Made by a program: the position numbers and the translations under genes
Assembly (NCBI GenBank): GCA_003566775.1
Contig: PXBW01000079.1
Span: forward strand, 18,635 to 82,634
Direction of reading: 5' to 3'
DNA length: 64,000 nucleotides
Source: a candidate division WS1 bacterium
Lineage (GTDB): Bacteria > Armatimonadota > Zipacnadia > Zipacnadales > UBA5352
Notes under the pieces: model-generated
Database searches by the model: none
Told to the model about the DNA's origin: nothing
What the model saw: the letters and a program-made list of their open reading frames with translations, nothing else
Shown here: positions 29,701 through 38,056 of the stretch, piece after piece
Position numbering within the stretch: position 1 is the first letter of the stretch
Layout: each line of letters opens with the position of its first letter

Positions 29701-30286
29701 AGGCGCGCGCCCGGTCTGAACGAACCTCGAGGCTGAGTGTCGCCTCCGCCGCGAGTCGAGGGACCTCTATGGGGGCACGGATGTGCCGTACCCGGCCCTC
29801 ACCGCGTTCCACTCGCTCCAGTGTGATTGCCTCATCCGCAAGCCTCTGTCCGAAGACATCGTAGAAGCCTATTGTCACGGAGAGGCGCGCTCGTCCCTCT
29901 GTGCGCGGGATCGCGACATCGAAGTCGTAGAGGCCGGTACGGTCGATGGGAAAGCGGGTGGTGGCGGTCGCAGACGGATGATCCGGGCCACGCGCCGCGA
30001 TCATCAGCGAGTGCCTGCCCTCGACGACGTCTTCCTCGGACAGCACGGCCTCAGCGGCGCTGATCTGCCAGTGTTCCGGAAGGCCGTCGGCATCGGAGTA
30101 GCTTTCGAAGCGCGGGTTCGGCACGATATTGCGGGCATCAGCGGTTATGCGCAGTGCGTTGTCGTTGAGATGCACCACCGGGAGACGGTCAGGGGCCTCG
30201 TCTGCGCTAGTGCGTCGGCTGAGAGGCCCGATCGCACTTGCGATTGCCAGAGCTATAACGGCCATGATGGTCAGAGCGCGGCGCAT
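26720..30286 (-). CDS. large secreted multi-domain glycoside-hydrolase-like protein (CBM-like N-terminal domains, rhamnosidase/GH2-type sugar-binding domain, GH42/GH35-like TIM-barrel region)
   Basis: 1188 aa. Signal peptide MRRALTIMAVIALAIASAIG. WRACWIWAE...YFRRSFRLP...TLRVNGERVG motif typical of galactose-binding-like N-domains of GH2/GH78. Central region resembles beta-galactosidase-type (beta/alpha)8 domains. Exact GH family not determinable by eye. Confidence 0.5.
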   Translation of the reverse strand: MRRALTIMAVIALAIASAIGPLSRRTSADEAPDRLPVVHLNDNALRITADARNIVPNPRFESYSDADGLPEHWQISAAEAVLSEEDVVEGRHSLMIAARGPDHPSATATTRFPIDRTGLYDFDVAIPRTEGRARLSVTIGFYDVFGQRLADEAITLERVERGEGRVRHIRAPIEVPRLAAEATLSLEVRSDRARAWWDAVQLRHRREIPHPTERPLETWRACWIWAEATREEDGGAAYFRRSFRLPADPERVTSAILQIAADDQYTLRVNGERVGRNREQEGWREPDRFDLQPHLVRGSNTIAVETHHLSGSRGLLAEAAILWPRGEITVITDDTWRAVGEAEEDWAAPDFDDRRWPAAAIIAEAGEEPWGYLPYTYEGRREEIELRAIELPTALRAGSDLKISARVSALPESATEKPLHLSLRRDGREILRWSRPVERVTRELSNGVRIGPITVHLSRFLAPATYSVALGFPHMRYVEHEGIEVAELRVRSPAESERTPRISIAEHGGLPTLHINDRPHPFLHYQTSSVIDRQIGNIADAGLHIYFLDAEDIGWRDTDTFDYSAWDAKVTRLLLHDPKAMIVPTFMLCGRSQPWWSARHPEEVAQAEAGDPQLDDDEEPIISLASRRWRRRSSDALRRFVMHCSSAPYATRILGYLPAFGAPREQARPESAEGFPLADYSEPMHEAFREWLRDRYETEVQLREAWQMPEMSFETVTIPSAERQEAVDHMLFRDPQTSRDVIDFHVFHREMTTNSILHYFGVIKDAGPQPARVGTYHTGVSGNMALSRLLESDLCDFLISPWGGAMDTRDEATTLYGASGSALVNGKLWAVEAGPYPHPLKYDREHRLRTSGDLPATISSLQRSLAAAVSRGAAVGWNDLDRGWLASDPRQTQMIGRLRSIAGRWVNWDRSPDPEGIAVVVDEETPFAYLNHQIEAMYWLLQRQKSVFERVGAPWNVYLLEDVVAGRVPRKRAYFFLNCFRMTRDERAFIDEELKSEGRLLAWLYAPGYIADDLDVTRISELTGMDFEEIAQTRPWRSSLVSDHPWAVDIPAEEGVQPGIEIGPIFVPKEDGIEVVARWEDGGEPAIAVGRHDDWTSVYSAGPVLSPTLLKRICSEADIAIRVAGTGPSYVSRNFVGLHSASPRIETLQFDRPTRVIDLVSGEILAARATRFEIEVSGTRLLRTISID

Positions 30287-30302
30287 GTAATCCCTGCCTC
30301 CA

Positions 30303-31415
30303 TCAACTGCCCAGGCGATCGAGGAGTCCCCGGCAGTACTCCTCGGAGTAACGCAGGCAGCGGTAGATGCTGCGCAGCGACCCCTCCATGCGGTAGGGGT
30401 TTATGAAGTCCCAGACGATCTCGCCCTTACGCGTCACCTCGAAGAGGTGTTCACTGCCGCCCTCGCAGATGAGCGTGTTACCGTTGGGCAGACGCTGGCC
30501 GCCGGAGATATACGGCGAGAAGAAGTCGCCTGGATCCTGCGCCCGGTACTCCCAGACTATCGCTTCCGAGCCATCATCATCGATTGCCAGCGGATCGATC
30601 TCCATAACACGCGAGAAGCCGCGCAGTGTTCCGTTGTCGAAGAGCATAATGTTACCGTTCGGCAGCATGTGCGGTTTGTGCTGGCCGTCGAGGACGCCCG
30701 GCCCCCACGCCCAGACGATCTCGGATGTCGCCCGGTCGATCACACCGATTACGTCGAGGCTGCGGTAGGAGAAGACGATGTTGCCGGGCCGAAAGATCTC
30801 TGTGTGCCCCTCGGCACGCTCCTTCTCCCAGGTCTGATTCGGCGGGATAACCTGCAGCGTATTGTTGTGCGCCCAGTCGAAGGCGTATTCCTTCGCGATG
30901 CGCAGGCGCACATGCTCCCACCCATCCTCGGGCAGCATCCTCTGCAGTTCCTCAATATGATGCTCACCATGCCACTCCCAGAGAAGCTCCCTGTCACGGT
31001 TGATCTCAATAATGTATGGGCAGCGCTTCAGCTCTGCGCCCAGTTGTGGCCAGAGATGATCGCGGATGGTGTGCATAAGGATGCGGCCATCATCGAAGAC
31101 CTCGAAGTCATGGTCGATGCGGCAGTGAAATGACCACACGACCTCGCTGTCGGGAGTAAGTTCCCGGAGACCGGCCTGGAAGATATTCGACCGATCGCGG
31201 GTGGGATAGATCAGATTCCCGTTTGGGAGCAGCCTGCAGAAGGATTGCAGGGCGGTCTCCACGTACCAGCGATGCACGATCTCCCCGCTCATGTCGATGA
31301 GGCATATCTCGCCCTTGCCCTCAGGGGAATGCGAAGGATCCTCCCAACTATTGCAGTAGAGCGTATATCCCTGCCATGCCAGTTGCTGATCGTGCTTGAT
31401 AAGCCCCGTCTTCAT
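30303..31415 (-). CDS. arylsulfotransferase (ASST)-like beta-propeller protein
   Basis: 370 aa. Repeated LPNGN motifs (LLPNGNLIY, MLPNGNIMLF, RLPNGNTLI) characteristic of the ASST / Arylsulfotran_2 beta-propeller. No signal peptide. Confidence 0.5.
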   Translation of the reverse strand: MKTGLIKHDQQLAWQGYTLYCNSWEDPSHSPEGKGEICLIDMSGEIVHRWYVETALQSFCRLLPNGNLIYPTRDRSNIFQAGLRELTPDSEVVWSFHCRIDHDFEVFDDGRILMHTIRDHLWPQLGAELKRCPYIIEINRDRELLWEWHGEHHIEELQRMLPEDGWEHVRLRIAKEYAFDWAHNNTLQVIPPNQTWEKERAEGHTEIFRPGNIVFSYRSLDVIGVIDRATSEIVWAWGPGVLDGQHKPHMLPNGNIMLFDNGTLRGFSRVMEIDPLAIDDDGSEAIVWEYRAQDPGDFFSPYISGGQRLPNGNTLICEGGSEHLFEVTRKGEIVWDFINPYRMEGSLRSIYRCLRYSEEYCRGLLDRLGS

Positions 31416-31613
31416 CTGCGCGTCCTCCCCGGGCGAACCGCTACCCTGTGTGAGTCAGTTGGGACAGACCTTAGGCGCTCAGGAGGAAGCTTCGCAGCCG
31501 ATGGTGAGTTCTCCTCCCTGCGGCTCCCCAACGAACGGACAGGTGCCCGGGGCGCGCATGGAGAATGACCTCCGCGGCACCGGAACCAAGATCCCTCGCA
31601 GGAGGCGATCCTC

Positions 31614-33074
31614 ATGACCGACGTGATCTTCGGCTACGATGTCGAGGACGTGTACTGCCCGGCCTCGGATGACGCGCTGCTTGAGATCTGCCGCGTACAT
31701 ATCGAGGAAGGGGTCCCCGCCTCGATGCTGGTCGCTGGCGAGAAGGCGCGCTGTATGCGCGAGCGCGGGCGCAGGGATGTGCTGGACGCCCTCGCACAGC
31801 GCGATATCATCGAGATCAGCTACCATGGGAATTACTGGGGCGACTTCCCCGAGCCTGCGACGAAGTACGGCGCCGAGATGCCCTTCGACGAGGCGGTCGA
31901 GTTTGCCCTGCATGTCGAGAGCAGCGGCCTTCACGATGTCGCGGAGATCTGCGGGCAGTTCCCGGTCGCATGGTGCTGCCACCAGGCGCAGCAGTCGCTG
32001 CCGATGCAGTACGCGATGAAGCTCGCGGGAGTGCGCTGCTGGGCCGGCGGGCCGCGCGGGTGGATCATGAATTGGCTTAGCTGGCCGCGCTCCAACTGCG
32101 TGGTCTCCAGCCAGGGAAGCTGGAACATGGAGTACGATCCGCTCAGGCCCGATGAGACGAAGCCCACCGCCGACCGCGAGGCCGACCTGCGAAGCGCGCA
32201 GGAGGACTTCGAGCGCATCGCCGCAGGCACCGACTTCGTCAGCTTCGTCGGCCACCCGGTCTGCTGGGCGGTGCGCGAGTGGAGCGGCCTCTGGGAGTAC
32301 GCGACTCTCTTCCGCCATGGCAGCGCCGGAGCGTACCCGCGGCCGCGTATCACAACCTCCCCGCGCCTGCGCGCAGCCGAGGACCGGCAGGCCGCGCTGG
32401 ACCATCTGCGCGATCTGCTGCGCTGGCTGAAGACCCGCGATGACGTGAACCTGACCAACTACGCGGCCCTGTGCGACCGCGACGAGGAGCCTGGACAGCA
32501 GTGGATCACCTGGGAGCAACTCGTCTCACTCGCGCGGCGGATGACCGAGGACCTGGATGCGATCGTGGACTTCGGCACCAGCTTCTCGCCTGCGGATGTG
32601 ACGGGGATGCTGATCTTCGCGGTGCAGTACTGTTATGAGTACAATGCTTGGCCGCGGGAGATTCCGGTGCAGCGCGTCCTCGGGCCGGTGGAGGAGCCGA
32701 TGAATCAGCCCGACGGCGTCACCGCCGACCGGCGCAGCATCTTCGCCGGATGCCGGGCCGCGTACGCCATCATGCAGGACGATCGGCGGCTGCCGGGTAA
32801 GCTGCGCGCGTCCTTCCTCGACGTGGGGCCCGCTGAACTGCTGCACCTCGCCGCGGGCCTTGTGCTCGGCTTCGAGGAGACGGGAGAGCTTCCCGCCGAG
32901 GTCACGACCGGCCCGCTGCAGATGCTGCCGGGGGTGATCGAAACACCCACCATCACCGACCGGCGCTTCGGCTCATCGAACATGCCGCCCGACTTCGATC
33001 TTGACCCGCTCTGGGACCTGCTGCACTGGCAGGCGTGGAGCTACCGCCCGGCGGTGCCGGGAGCAAATGGGTAG
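31614..33074 (+). CDS. hypothetical protein (486 aa)
   Basis: Long uninterrupted ORF with ~200-nt spacing to neighbours. No family I can name; the N-terminus loosely resembles polysaccharide-deacetylase / GH57-like folds. The overlapping antisense ORF 31479-32519 I judge to be a GC artefact. Confidence 0.45.
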   Translation: MTDVIFGYDVEDVYCPASDDALLEICRVHIEEGVPASMLVAGEKARCMRERGRRDVLDALAQRDIIEISYHGNYWGDFPEPATKYGAEMPFDEAVEFALHVESSGLHDVAEICGQFPVAWCCHQAQQSLPMQYAMKLAGVRCWAGGPRGWIMNWLSWPRSNCVVSSQGSWNMEYDPLRPDETKPTADREADLRSAQEDFERIAAGTDFVSFVGHPVCWAVREWSGLWEYATLFRHGSAGAYPRPRITTSPRLRAAEDRQAALDHLRDLLRWLKTRDDVNLTNYAALCDRDEEPGQQWITWEQLVSLARRMTEDLDAIVDFGTSFSPADVTGMLIFAVQYCYEYNAWPREIPVQRVLGPVEEPMNQPDGVTADRRSIFAGCRAAYAIMQDDRRLPGKLRASFLDVGPAELLHLAAGLVLGFEETGELPAEVTTGPLQMLPGVIETPTITDRRFGSSNMPPDFDLDPLWDLLHWQAWSYRPAVPGANG

Positions 33075-33176
33075 CCGTGAAGCGGCATCGATCCGCACGG
33101 ATGAAGGACCCGCGCATCCCAGCACCGAAGAATCCTGCTCCGTGTGGAATCTCATCTCTCGTTGAGGAGACAGGCC

Positions 33177-34598
33177 ATGAACATCGTCGCCATCGTGCTG
33201 GACACGTTCCGCAGAGACATAGTCGGCCCCGGGAAGAAGTTCAGCCATGTACGGACCCCGTGGCTCGATGACTTCTACGCTCGTTCTGTGAGCTTCGAAG
33301 GCGCGTACGGCGAGGGACAGCCAACCCTGCAGATGCGCCGCGCGTTCTTCACCGGGCATCGAACCTTCCCATGGAGCTTCAACTTCGACCGTCGCGGTCA
33401 CTGGCATCATCAGCCCGGCTGGCACAAGATTCCGCCACATCAGGACACGCTTGCCGAGGTGCTGCTGGCGCGCGGATATTACACCGGTCTGGTCTCTGAC
33501 GTCTATCACATGTTCAAGCCGACGATGAACTACTCGCGGGGCTTCGCGACACTGGACTTCATCCGCGGCCAGGAGTCGGATAACTGGAAGCCGGTCAACA
33601 CCGATATGATCGCGGGTCAGATGAAGCGCCATGTGCGTGAGCCTATCGACTGGAAGCGCCACGCCACCCTGTCGCAGTACCTCGCGAACATGGTCGGGCG
33701 GGAGAGCGAGGACGATTACCTATGCGCGCGCGTGGCTTCCAGCGCCTTTGAGTGGCTTGACGCCGCGTATCGCAGTTCCCCGTTCATGCTCTGGGTTGAG
33801 ATGTTCGACCCACACGAGCCGTGGGACCCGCCCACGAGGTACGCCGACGAGTATGTCCCAGCCTGGGATGACATCGACCCGGTCTTCCCCGGTGCGGCGT
33901 GGGAGGGTGGCGAGCCCTCAGAGGATATGATCGAGCGTATTCGCGCCCTCTACCAGGGTGAGGTCACCTTCGTGGACAGGCAGGTCGGGCGCATCTTCGA
34001 GAAACTGGAAGACCTCGGCCTGTGGGATGACACGATCGTGCTGGTTCTGTCCGATCACGGGACGGAACTGCTCGATCATACCAGGTTTGGCAAGGGCAAT
34101 GGGAACATGCGCAGCTACAACACGGGCTTCGTGTGGTACATGTGCCACCCCGATGGCCCGAATGGAAGAGTGGTTGGCTCCTACGTTCAGAGCCACGACG
34201 TGATGCCGACACTGCTGACAATACTCGATGTCCCGCATCAGTGCGAGGGGATCGATGCCTGGCCGCTTGCGACCGGTGAGGCGGAGGTCTTGCGCCCCTG
34301 GGTGGTGAACGGCTGGGCCGGGCATTCAAGTGGTCCCGCCTCGGGCTGGGCCTCAATGATGGATGATCGGTGGATGTACTGCTGCCCGGTGGGCCGAGGA
34401 GACACCGCGCCGGAACTCTTCGCGCTGCCCGACGAGGATGAGAACGTGAATGAGGACCATCCGGAGGTGGTCACGAGCGCGCGCAGACGCATTGAGGAGG
34501 TTGTCGGGCGGCCACTGGAGGATCTACGGTTCAACGAGGTTTGCGATCCCGCGCCCGCCCCGTATATCGGCTGGCTGAACGCCCGTGGCGTTGAGTGA
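33177..34598 (+). CDS. sulfatase-like hydrolase/transferase (alkaline-phosphatase superfamily) lacking the canonical C-x-P-x-R motif
   Basis: N-terminal NIVAIVLDTFRRD metal-binding motif and downstream sulfatase-fold blocks (VLVLSDHG). No CxPxR. Start at the ATG at 33177, after a GAGGAGACAGGCC RBS. Confidence 0.65.
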   Translation: MNIVAIVLDTFRRDIVGPGKKFSHVRTPWLDDFYARSVSFEGAYGEGQPTLQMRRAFFTGHRTFPWSFNFDRRGHWHHQPGWHKIPPHQDTLAEVLLARGYYTGLVSDVYHMFKPTMNYSRGFATLDFIRGQESDNWKPVNTDMIAGQMKRHVREPIDWKRHATLSQYLANMVGRESEDDYLCARVASSAFEWLDAAYRSSPFMLWVEMFDPHEPWDPPTRYADEYVPAWDDIDPVFPGAAWEGGEPSEDMIERIRALYQGEVTFVDRQVGRIFEKLEDLGLWDDTIVLVLSDHGTELLDHTRFGKGNGNMRSYNTGFVWYMCHPDGPNGRVVGSYVQSHDVMPTLLTILDVPHQCEGIDAWPLATGEAEVLRPWVVNGWAGHSSGPASGWASMMDDRWMYCCPVGRGDTAPELFALPDEDENVNEDHPEVVTSARRRIEEVVGRPLEDLRFNEVCDPAPAPYIGWLNARGVE

Positions 34599-34681
34599 GG
34601 ACAGGGGGTAAGACGACAGTTCGCCGCGCTCGTCTCGGGACGGCGCGATCCATCAACTGACCGACGCAGGAGGCAACACCA

Positions 34682-35719
34682 ATGAGCTTCAAAGTCGCAT
34701 TTCTTGGGTGCGGCTCGCGCATGAACGCTCACGCGCGGGTCTATCCGAACATCGAAGAGGGCGTGCCGGTCGCATGCTGCGACCTCGTCGAGGAGAAGGC
34801 GGTCGAATTCGCGGAGAAGTACGACATCCCGCAATGCTATCTCGATCTCGACGAGATGGTCGAGAAGGAGCAGCCGGACCTCGTTCACATGTCAATGCCG
34901 CCCACGATTCGTTACTCGCTGATGAAACGGCTCTCGGATCACGGTGTCCCCGCGGTGAACGTCGAGAAACCTGTCGCCATCGGCGCGCGTGACTACCATC
35001 AACTGCGCGATCTTGAGGCCGCGAGCGAGACGAAGTTCACCGTAAACCATCAGCTTCGCTATCACGAACTCACTCTCGAGTTTCTCGACCGCGTGGCACA
35101 GGGAGAGATCGGCAACGTGCGCTGCCTCGACGCCTCGGCGAAGCTGCCCATGAACGGGCAGGGCGTGCACGTGCTCGACCTCATGTACTCATATGCGGGG
35201 TACACGGATGTACGCTCGGTGCACGCCGCCTGCTCCGGCTTCGATGACATCAAGGGCACGCATCCGAGTCCGGAGACTGCGTCGGCCCTGATCACCTTCG
35301 TCGATGAGAAGCGCGGGGTGCTTCAGTCGGGCGAGGGCGTGCCGGAGATCGCGCAGGATGTCCCGCGACACATGCACAAGCGCATCGCGGTGTACGGAGA
35401 GACCGGCTACCTGCATTGGAAGATGAATGGCTGGGAGATGGGCATCCACGGTAAGCACACCAGCGGCGAGCATGTCTACGGTGAGGTCGATGACGTCGGA
35501 CAGGCGAACCTGGTGCGCGCGGTCTTCGAGTGGCTGCGAGGTGGCGAGCCCGCGCCGACGAATCTCTCGATCGCTCTCGACGAGTGGCTGATCATCCTCG
35601 CGTGCTATGCCAGCACCGTGGAGCAGAGGCCGATCGAGTTCCCCTGGGATCCGCCCGATGACCTGCTCGAGCGGTATATCGACTTCACAGGCGCAGAGTG
35701 GGAGAACCCGCACCGTTAA
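34682..35719 (+). CDS. Gfo/Idh/MocA-family NAD(P)-dependent oxidoreductase
   Basis: VAFLGCGSRMNAHARVY Rossmann start, EKP motif (VEKPVA), and a C-terminal alpha/beta domain. 345 aa. Confidence 0.85.
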   Translation: MSFKVAFLGCGSRMNAHARVYPNIEEGVPVACCDLVEEKAVEFAEKYDIPQCYLDLDEMVEKEQPDLVHMSMPPTIRYSLMKRLSDHGVPAVNVEKPVAIGARDYHQLRDLEAASETKFTVNHQLRYHELTLEFLDRVAQGEIGNVRCLDASAKLPMNGQGVHVLDLMYSYAGYTDVRSVHAACSGFDDIKGTHPSPETASALITFVDEKRGVLQSGEGVPEIAQDVPRHMHKRIAVYGETGYLHWKMNGWEMGIHGKHTSGEHVYGEVDDVGQANLVRAVFEWLRGGEPAPTNLSIALDEWLIILACYASTVEQRPIEFPWDPPDDLLERYIDFTGAEWENPHR

Positions 35720-35906
35720 CTGCGCACCTGTCAGGAAAACCGCATCCGCGGGATCGGCCGATTGGCTCAAATCGGCCCGCAGAACGCCCAATCGCAGGCC
35801 AGGCGGTTTGCACCCGGGTCGAGCCATAAGCATGGTTCAACGGGGGCGTGAACGGGAACTTCGTGCGCCCGGCAGGATGGCCTGCAAACTGGTGGATGCA
35901 CCTGAG

Positions 35907-35936
35907 CGCCCCACGATGCGGCCGCATCGTGGGGCG
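35907..35936. repeat. perfect 30-bp palindrome CGCCCCACGATGCGGCCGCATCGTGGGGCG (hairpin / possible terminator or protein-binding site)
   Basis: Exact reverse-complement symmetry, 12 nt downstream of the stop of the minus-strand TPR-thioredoxin gene. No U-tract. Confidence 0.5.
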
Positions 35937-35948
35937 CGGTCCTGTGTC

Positions 35949-36959
35949 TCAGTCGGCCTTAGCACGAATGTGCTGCAGCAGGCCCAGCGCCTGCGGTGTC
36001 CACTCGCTGTCGAAATAAGGAGAGTTTCTGTCATCGGTCTCGAAATCCGAGAGAATTCGGCTTGCGGCATCATGATCTTCCGAGACGTAATGAGCAACAG
36101 CCCGGTAATACTGGATCTCCAGGCTGCGCTCACCCTCTTCCTCCTCGGCAAGCCGACCCAGGGTATCCAGCGCTCCCCTGGGGTTGTCCGGCAGCCGCAG
36201 GATGGCGAGGTCAACTCGCGCATCGAAGTTGGCTCCAGTGGCATTATCGGGATCACGCTGTATCGCCTTCTCGAGGTTGCGGATCGCCGCGCGGTAGAAG
36301 CGATCACCGCGTGAGAAGTCCATCTCCATGTAGGCTCTGCCGAGATTGCGCAGGAGTACCGGATCCTCGGGATCTTCGACAACCTCCCGGAGCTTCTCGA
36401 AGAGATTTGTCGCGCGAACGAGTTGAAGCTCGTACGCTTCAGGCGGCAGGTAGCCGTGGCGGCGGAAAAGCTCGTCACCGTTTGCGTCAAGGAAGAGTGT
36501 TATGGGATAGACACCCACACGCTCCTGTTGCTCATCGTTGGTCCTCACCACCGGTGAGACCTTGAGCCTCTGTCGCGCTTCATCATTGTCCTTGAGGCGA
36601 ATGTCGAGCATCACCGGTTCGAAAGCCCGCGCCGCCTCCTGCACCCCGGGGGACTTCAGCGTCGTGTCAATCATGCGTCTGTGATCGACCGCCTGCCTCT
36701 CTCGTGCCGCCCTGCTGCCCGGCAGGGTGATCCGCTCCTGCACCCCCTCATAGTCATCTGTTTCGGTGCCAAGATAAACGAACACGAGTATTGGCTTGCG
36801 CGATTCTCTCGCCGCTTCGAGAGCGTCTTCAAAGCTGGTGTACCAGTCAACTTCGCGCGCACTCACAGGGAGTGCTATCGCAAGGATCGCGGCGGCCACG
36901 AGCAACGGCACAATACCGCGGAGCAGGTTGCATTTGCGCGACGTCGGTCGGGATAGCAT
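35949..36959 (-). CDS. secreted thioredoxin-fold protein with C-terminal TPR repeats
   Basis: Signal peptide LLVAAAILAIALPVSA. Thioredoxin-like segment KPILVFVYLG (no CxxC seen). TPR-like helical repeats at the C-terminus. Confidence 0.55.
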   Translation of the reverse strand: MLSRPTSRKCNLLRGIVPLLVAAAILAIALPVSAREVDWYTSFEDALEAARESRKPILVFVYLGTETDDYEGVQERITLPGSRAARERQAVDHRRMIDTTLKSPGVQEAARAFEPVMLDIRLKDNDEARQRLKVSPVVRTNDEQQERVGVYPITLFLDANGDELFRRHGYLPPEAYELQLVRATNLFEKLREVVEDPEDPVLLRNLGRAYMEMDFSRGDRFYRAAIRNLEKAIQRDPDNATGANFDARVDLAILRLPDNPRGALDTLGRLAEEEEGERSLEIQYYRAVAHYVSEDHDAASRILSDFETDDRNSPYFDSEWTPQALGLLQHIRAKAD

Positions 36960-36986
36960 CTAACTACGCACCTCCGCACCTTCCGT

Positions 36987-37475
36987 TCACAATCGCTTCG
37001 CGTCCTCAGTCTTCATAATGTAATGTATCTGACGCACGATCTCCTCGAAGCCGAAGCGTGGATAGAGGCCCTGCCCCGGCTCATTGGTGGCCAGCGTCTC
37101 TATCTTGATCAGGTCCATTCCCGCGTCTTCAAAGCGGTCGATCGCGGCGTTGATGAGGCTTGTGCCGATACCCTGTCCCTGGGTCTCGGGCGCAACCGCG
37201 AGATTTGGAATGCGTCCGATGCCGGAGAGTTCATCGGTGATCGTGGTTATGTATCCGAGTACTTCACCGTCTTCATTCTCCGCGACAAGCACCCCCTCGG
37301 GTTCCGCCTCGATATCCGCGTCGATCTCGACGCACTTGCGCTCCGCCCATGTCGTTCCACGGAGCTTGCCGTACATTCCCTCGAGCTTGCCGTGAATCGA
37401 TGCGTCACGGAACGAGCTTGAGGTAATTTCGTGCAGCCTCTCACGGTCTTCTTCCCGGTACTGCCTTATGTGCAT
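36987..37475 (-). CDS. GNAT-family N-acetyltransferase
   Basis: Acetyl-CoA binding motif (QGQGIGTSLINAAIDRFEDAG). Start MHIRQYREED with a GGAGG RBS at 37475. The ORF track extends to 37550. Confidence 0.8.
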   Translation of the reverse strand: MHIRQYREEDRERLHEITSSSFRDASIHGKLEGMYGKLRGTTWAERKCVEIDADIEAEPEGVLVAENEDGEVLGYITTITDELSGIGRIPNLAVAPETQGQGIGTSLINAAIDRFEDAGMDLIKIETLATNEPGQGLYPRFGFEEIVRQIHYIMKTEDAKRL

Positions 37476-37774
37476 CGTAATCCTCCTCGTGCAGATCGAC
37501 GGCATGGGGGGAACTCTATCGCGGAACTCGTCCCAATCGTACCGTGGCAAATCATTGCTGTCAAGATCGTGGCGGTGGGGGGGAGCTTGCGGGACCTCCT
37601 CAATGACAGCATCGGCCGCAAACTACGGCAGGTGATCGGCCAAAGCACGCGCTCACGAACGACACAATCGGCACCGGGAGCGGGACAGTCCTCCGGGCGT
37701 GTGGGGGCGACGCAGAAGAAAGCCAGCATTCGTTCGCTGCACCGCATCCAGAGCTGATGCGGATTGCGGAGTTG

Positions 37775-37803
37775 TTGACTCGACCACGCCGCTGTGCTAT
37801 CTT
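37775..37803 (+). promoter_or_regulatory. putative sigma-70 promoter (TTGACT -35, 17-nt spacer, TATCTT -10) driving the homocysteine-biosynthesis operon, followed by a ~250-nt leader
   Basis: TTGACTcgaccacgccgctgtgcTATCTT seen directly. The long untranslated leader contains SAM-riboswitch-like sequence fragments; see findings. Confidence 0.45.
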
Positions 37804-38056
37804 CCCAGTAGTGACATAATCCCCGTTGACAGCACATATTCCGCTTAACGGTGGCGGAGAAGATGAGATCGGTCAGGCCGCATATTCCGCAGATTGAGGT
37901 GAAGCAACCAACGGTTGAGCTTCCAGGCCGACCGCTGGTTCTGATGCCTCAGGATTAGAGGGGCCCCGCCCGGTCGATTTATCCGCGACTACGGGCAATG
38001 GGGCCTTCTATCGTGTACGGGAACGTTGGCTTGCACTTGAGGACAGGTCGGACAGG

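Noticed and set aside
31479-32519. 346-aa minus-strand ORF
   Set aside because: Antisense to the 486-aa plus-strand ORF. Neither has a family assignment, but the plus-strand ORF is longer, has sensible spacing and RBS context, and a less skewed composition. I kept the plus-strand call, flagged as low confidence.
37780-38056. Canonical SAM-I (S-box) riboswitch call
   Set aside because: Individual S-box-like elements are present, but their order and the P1 helix and kink-turn (UUAUCAAGAG ... GAUAAG) do not match the RF00162 consensus. I therefore list it only as a candidate cis-regulatory leader, not as a feature.
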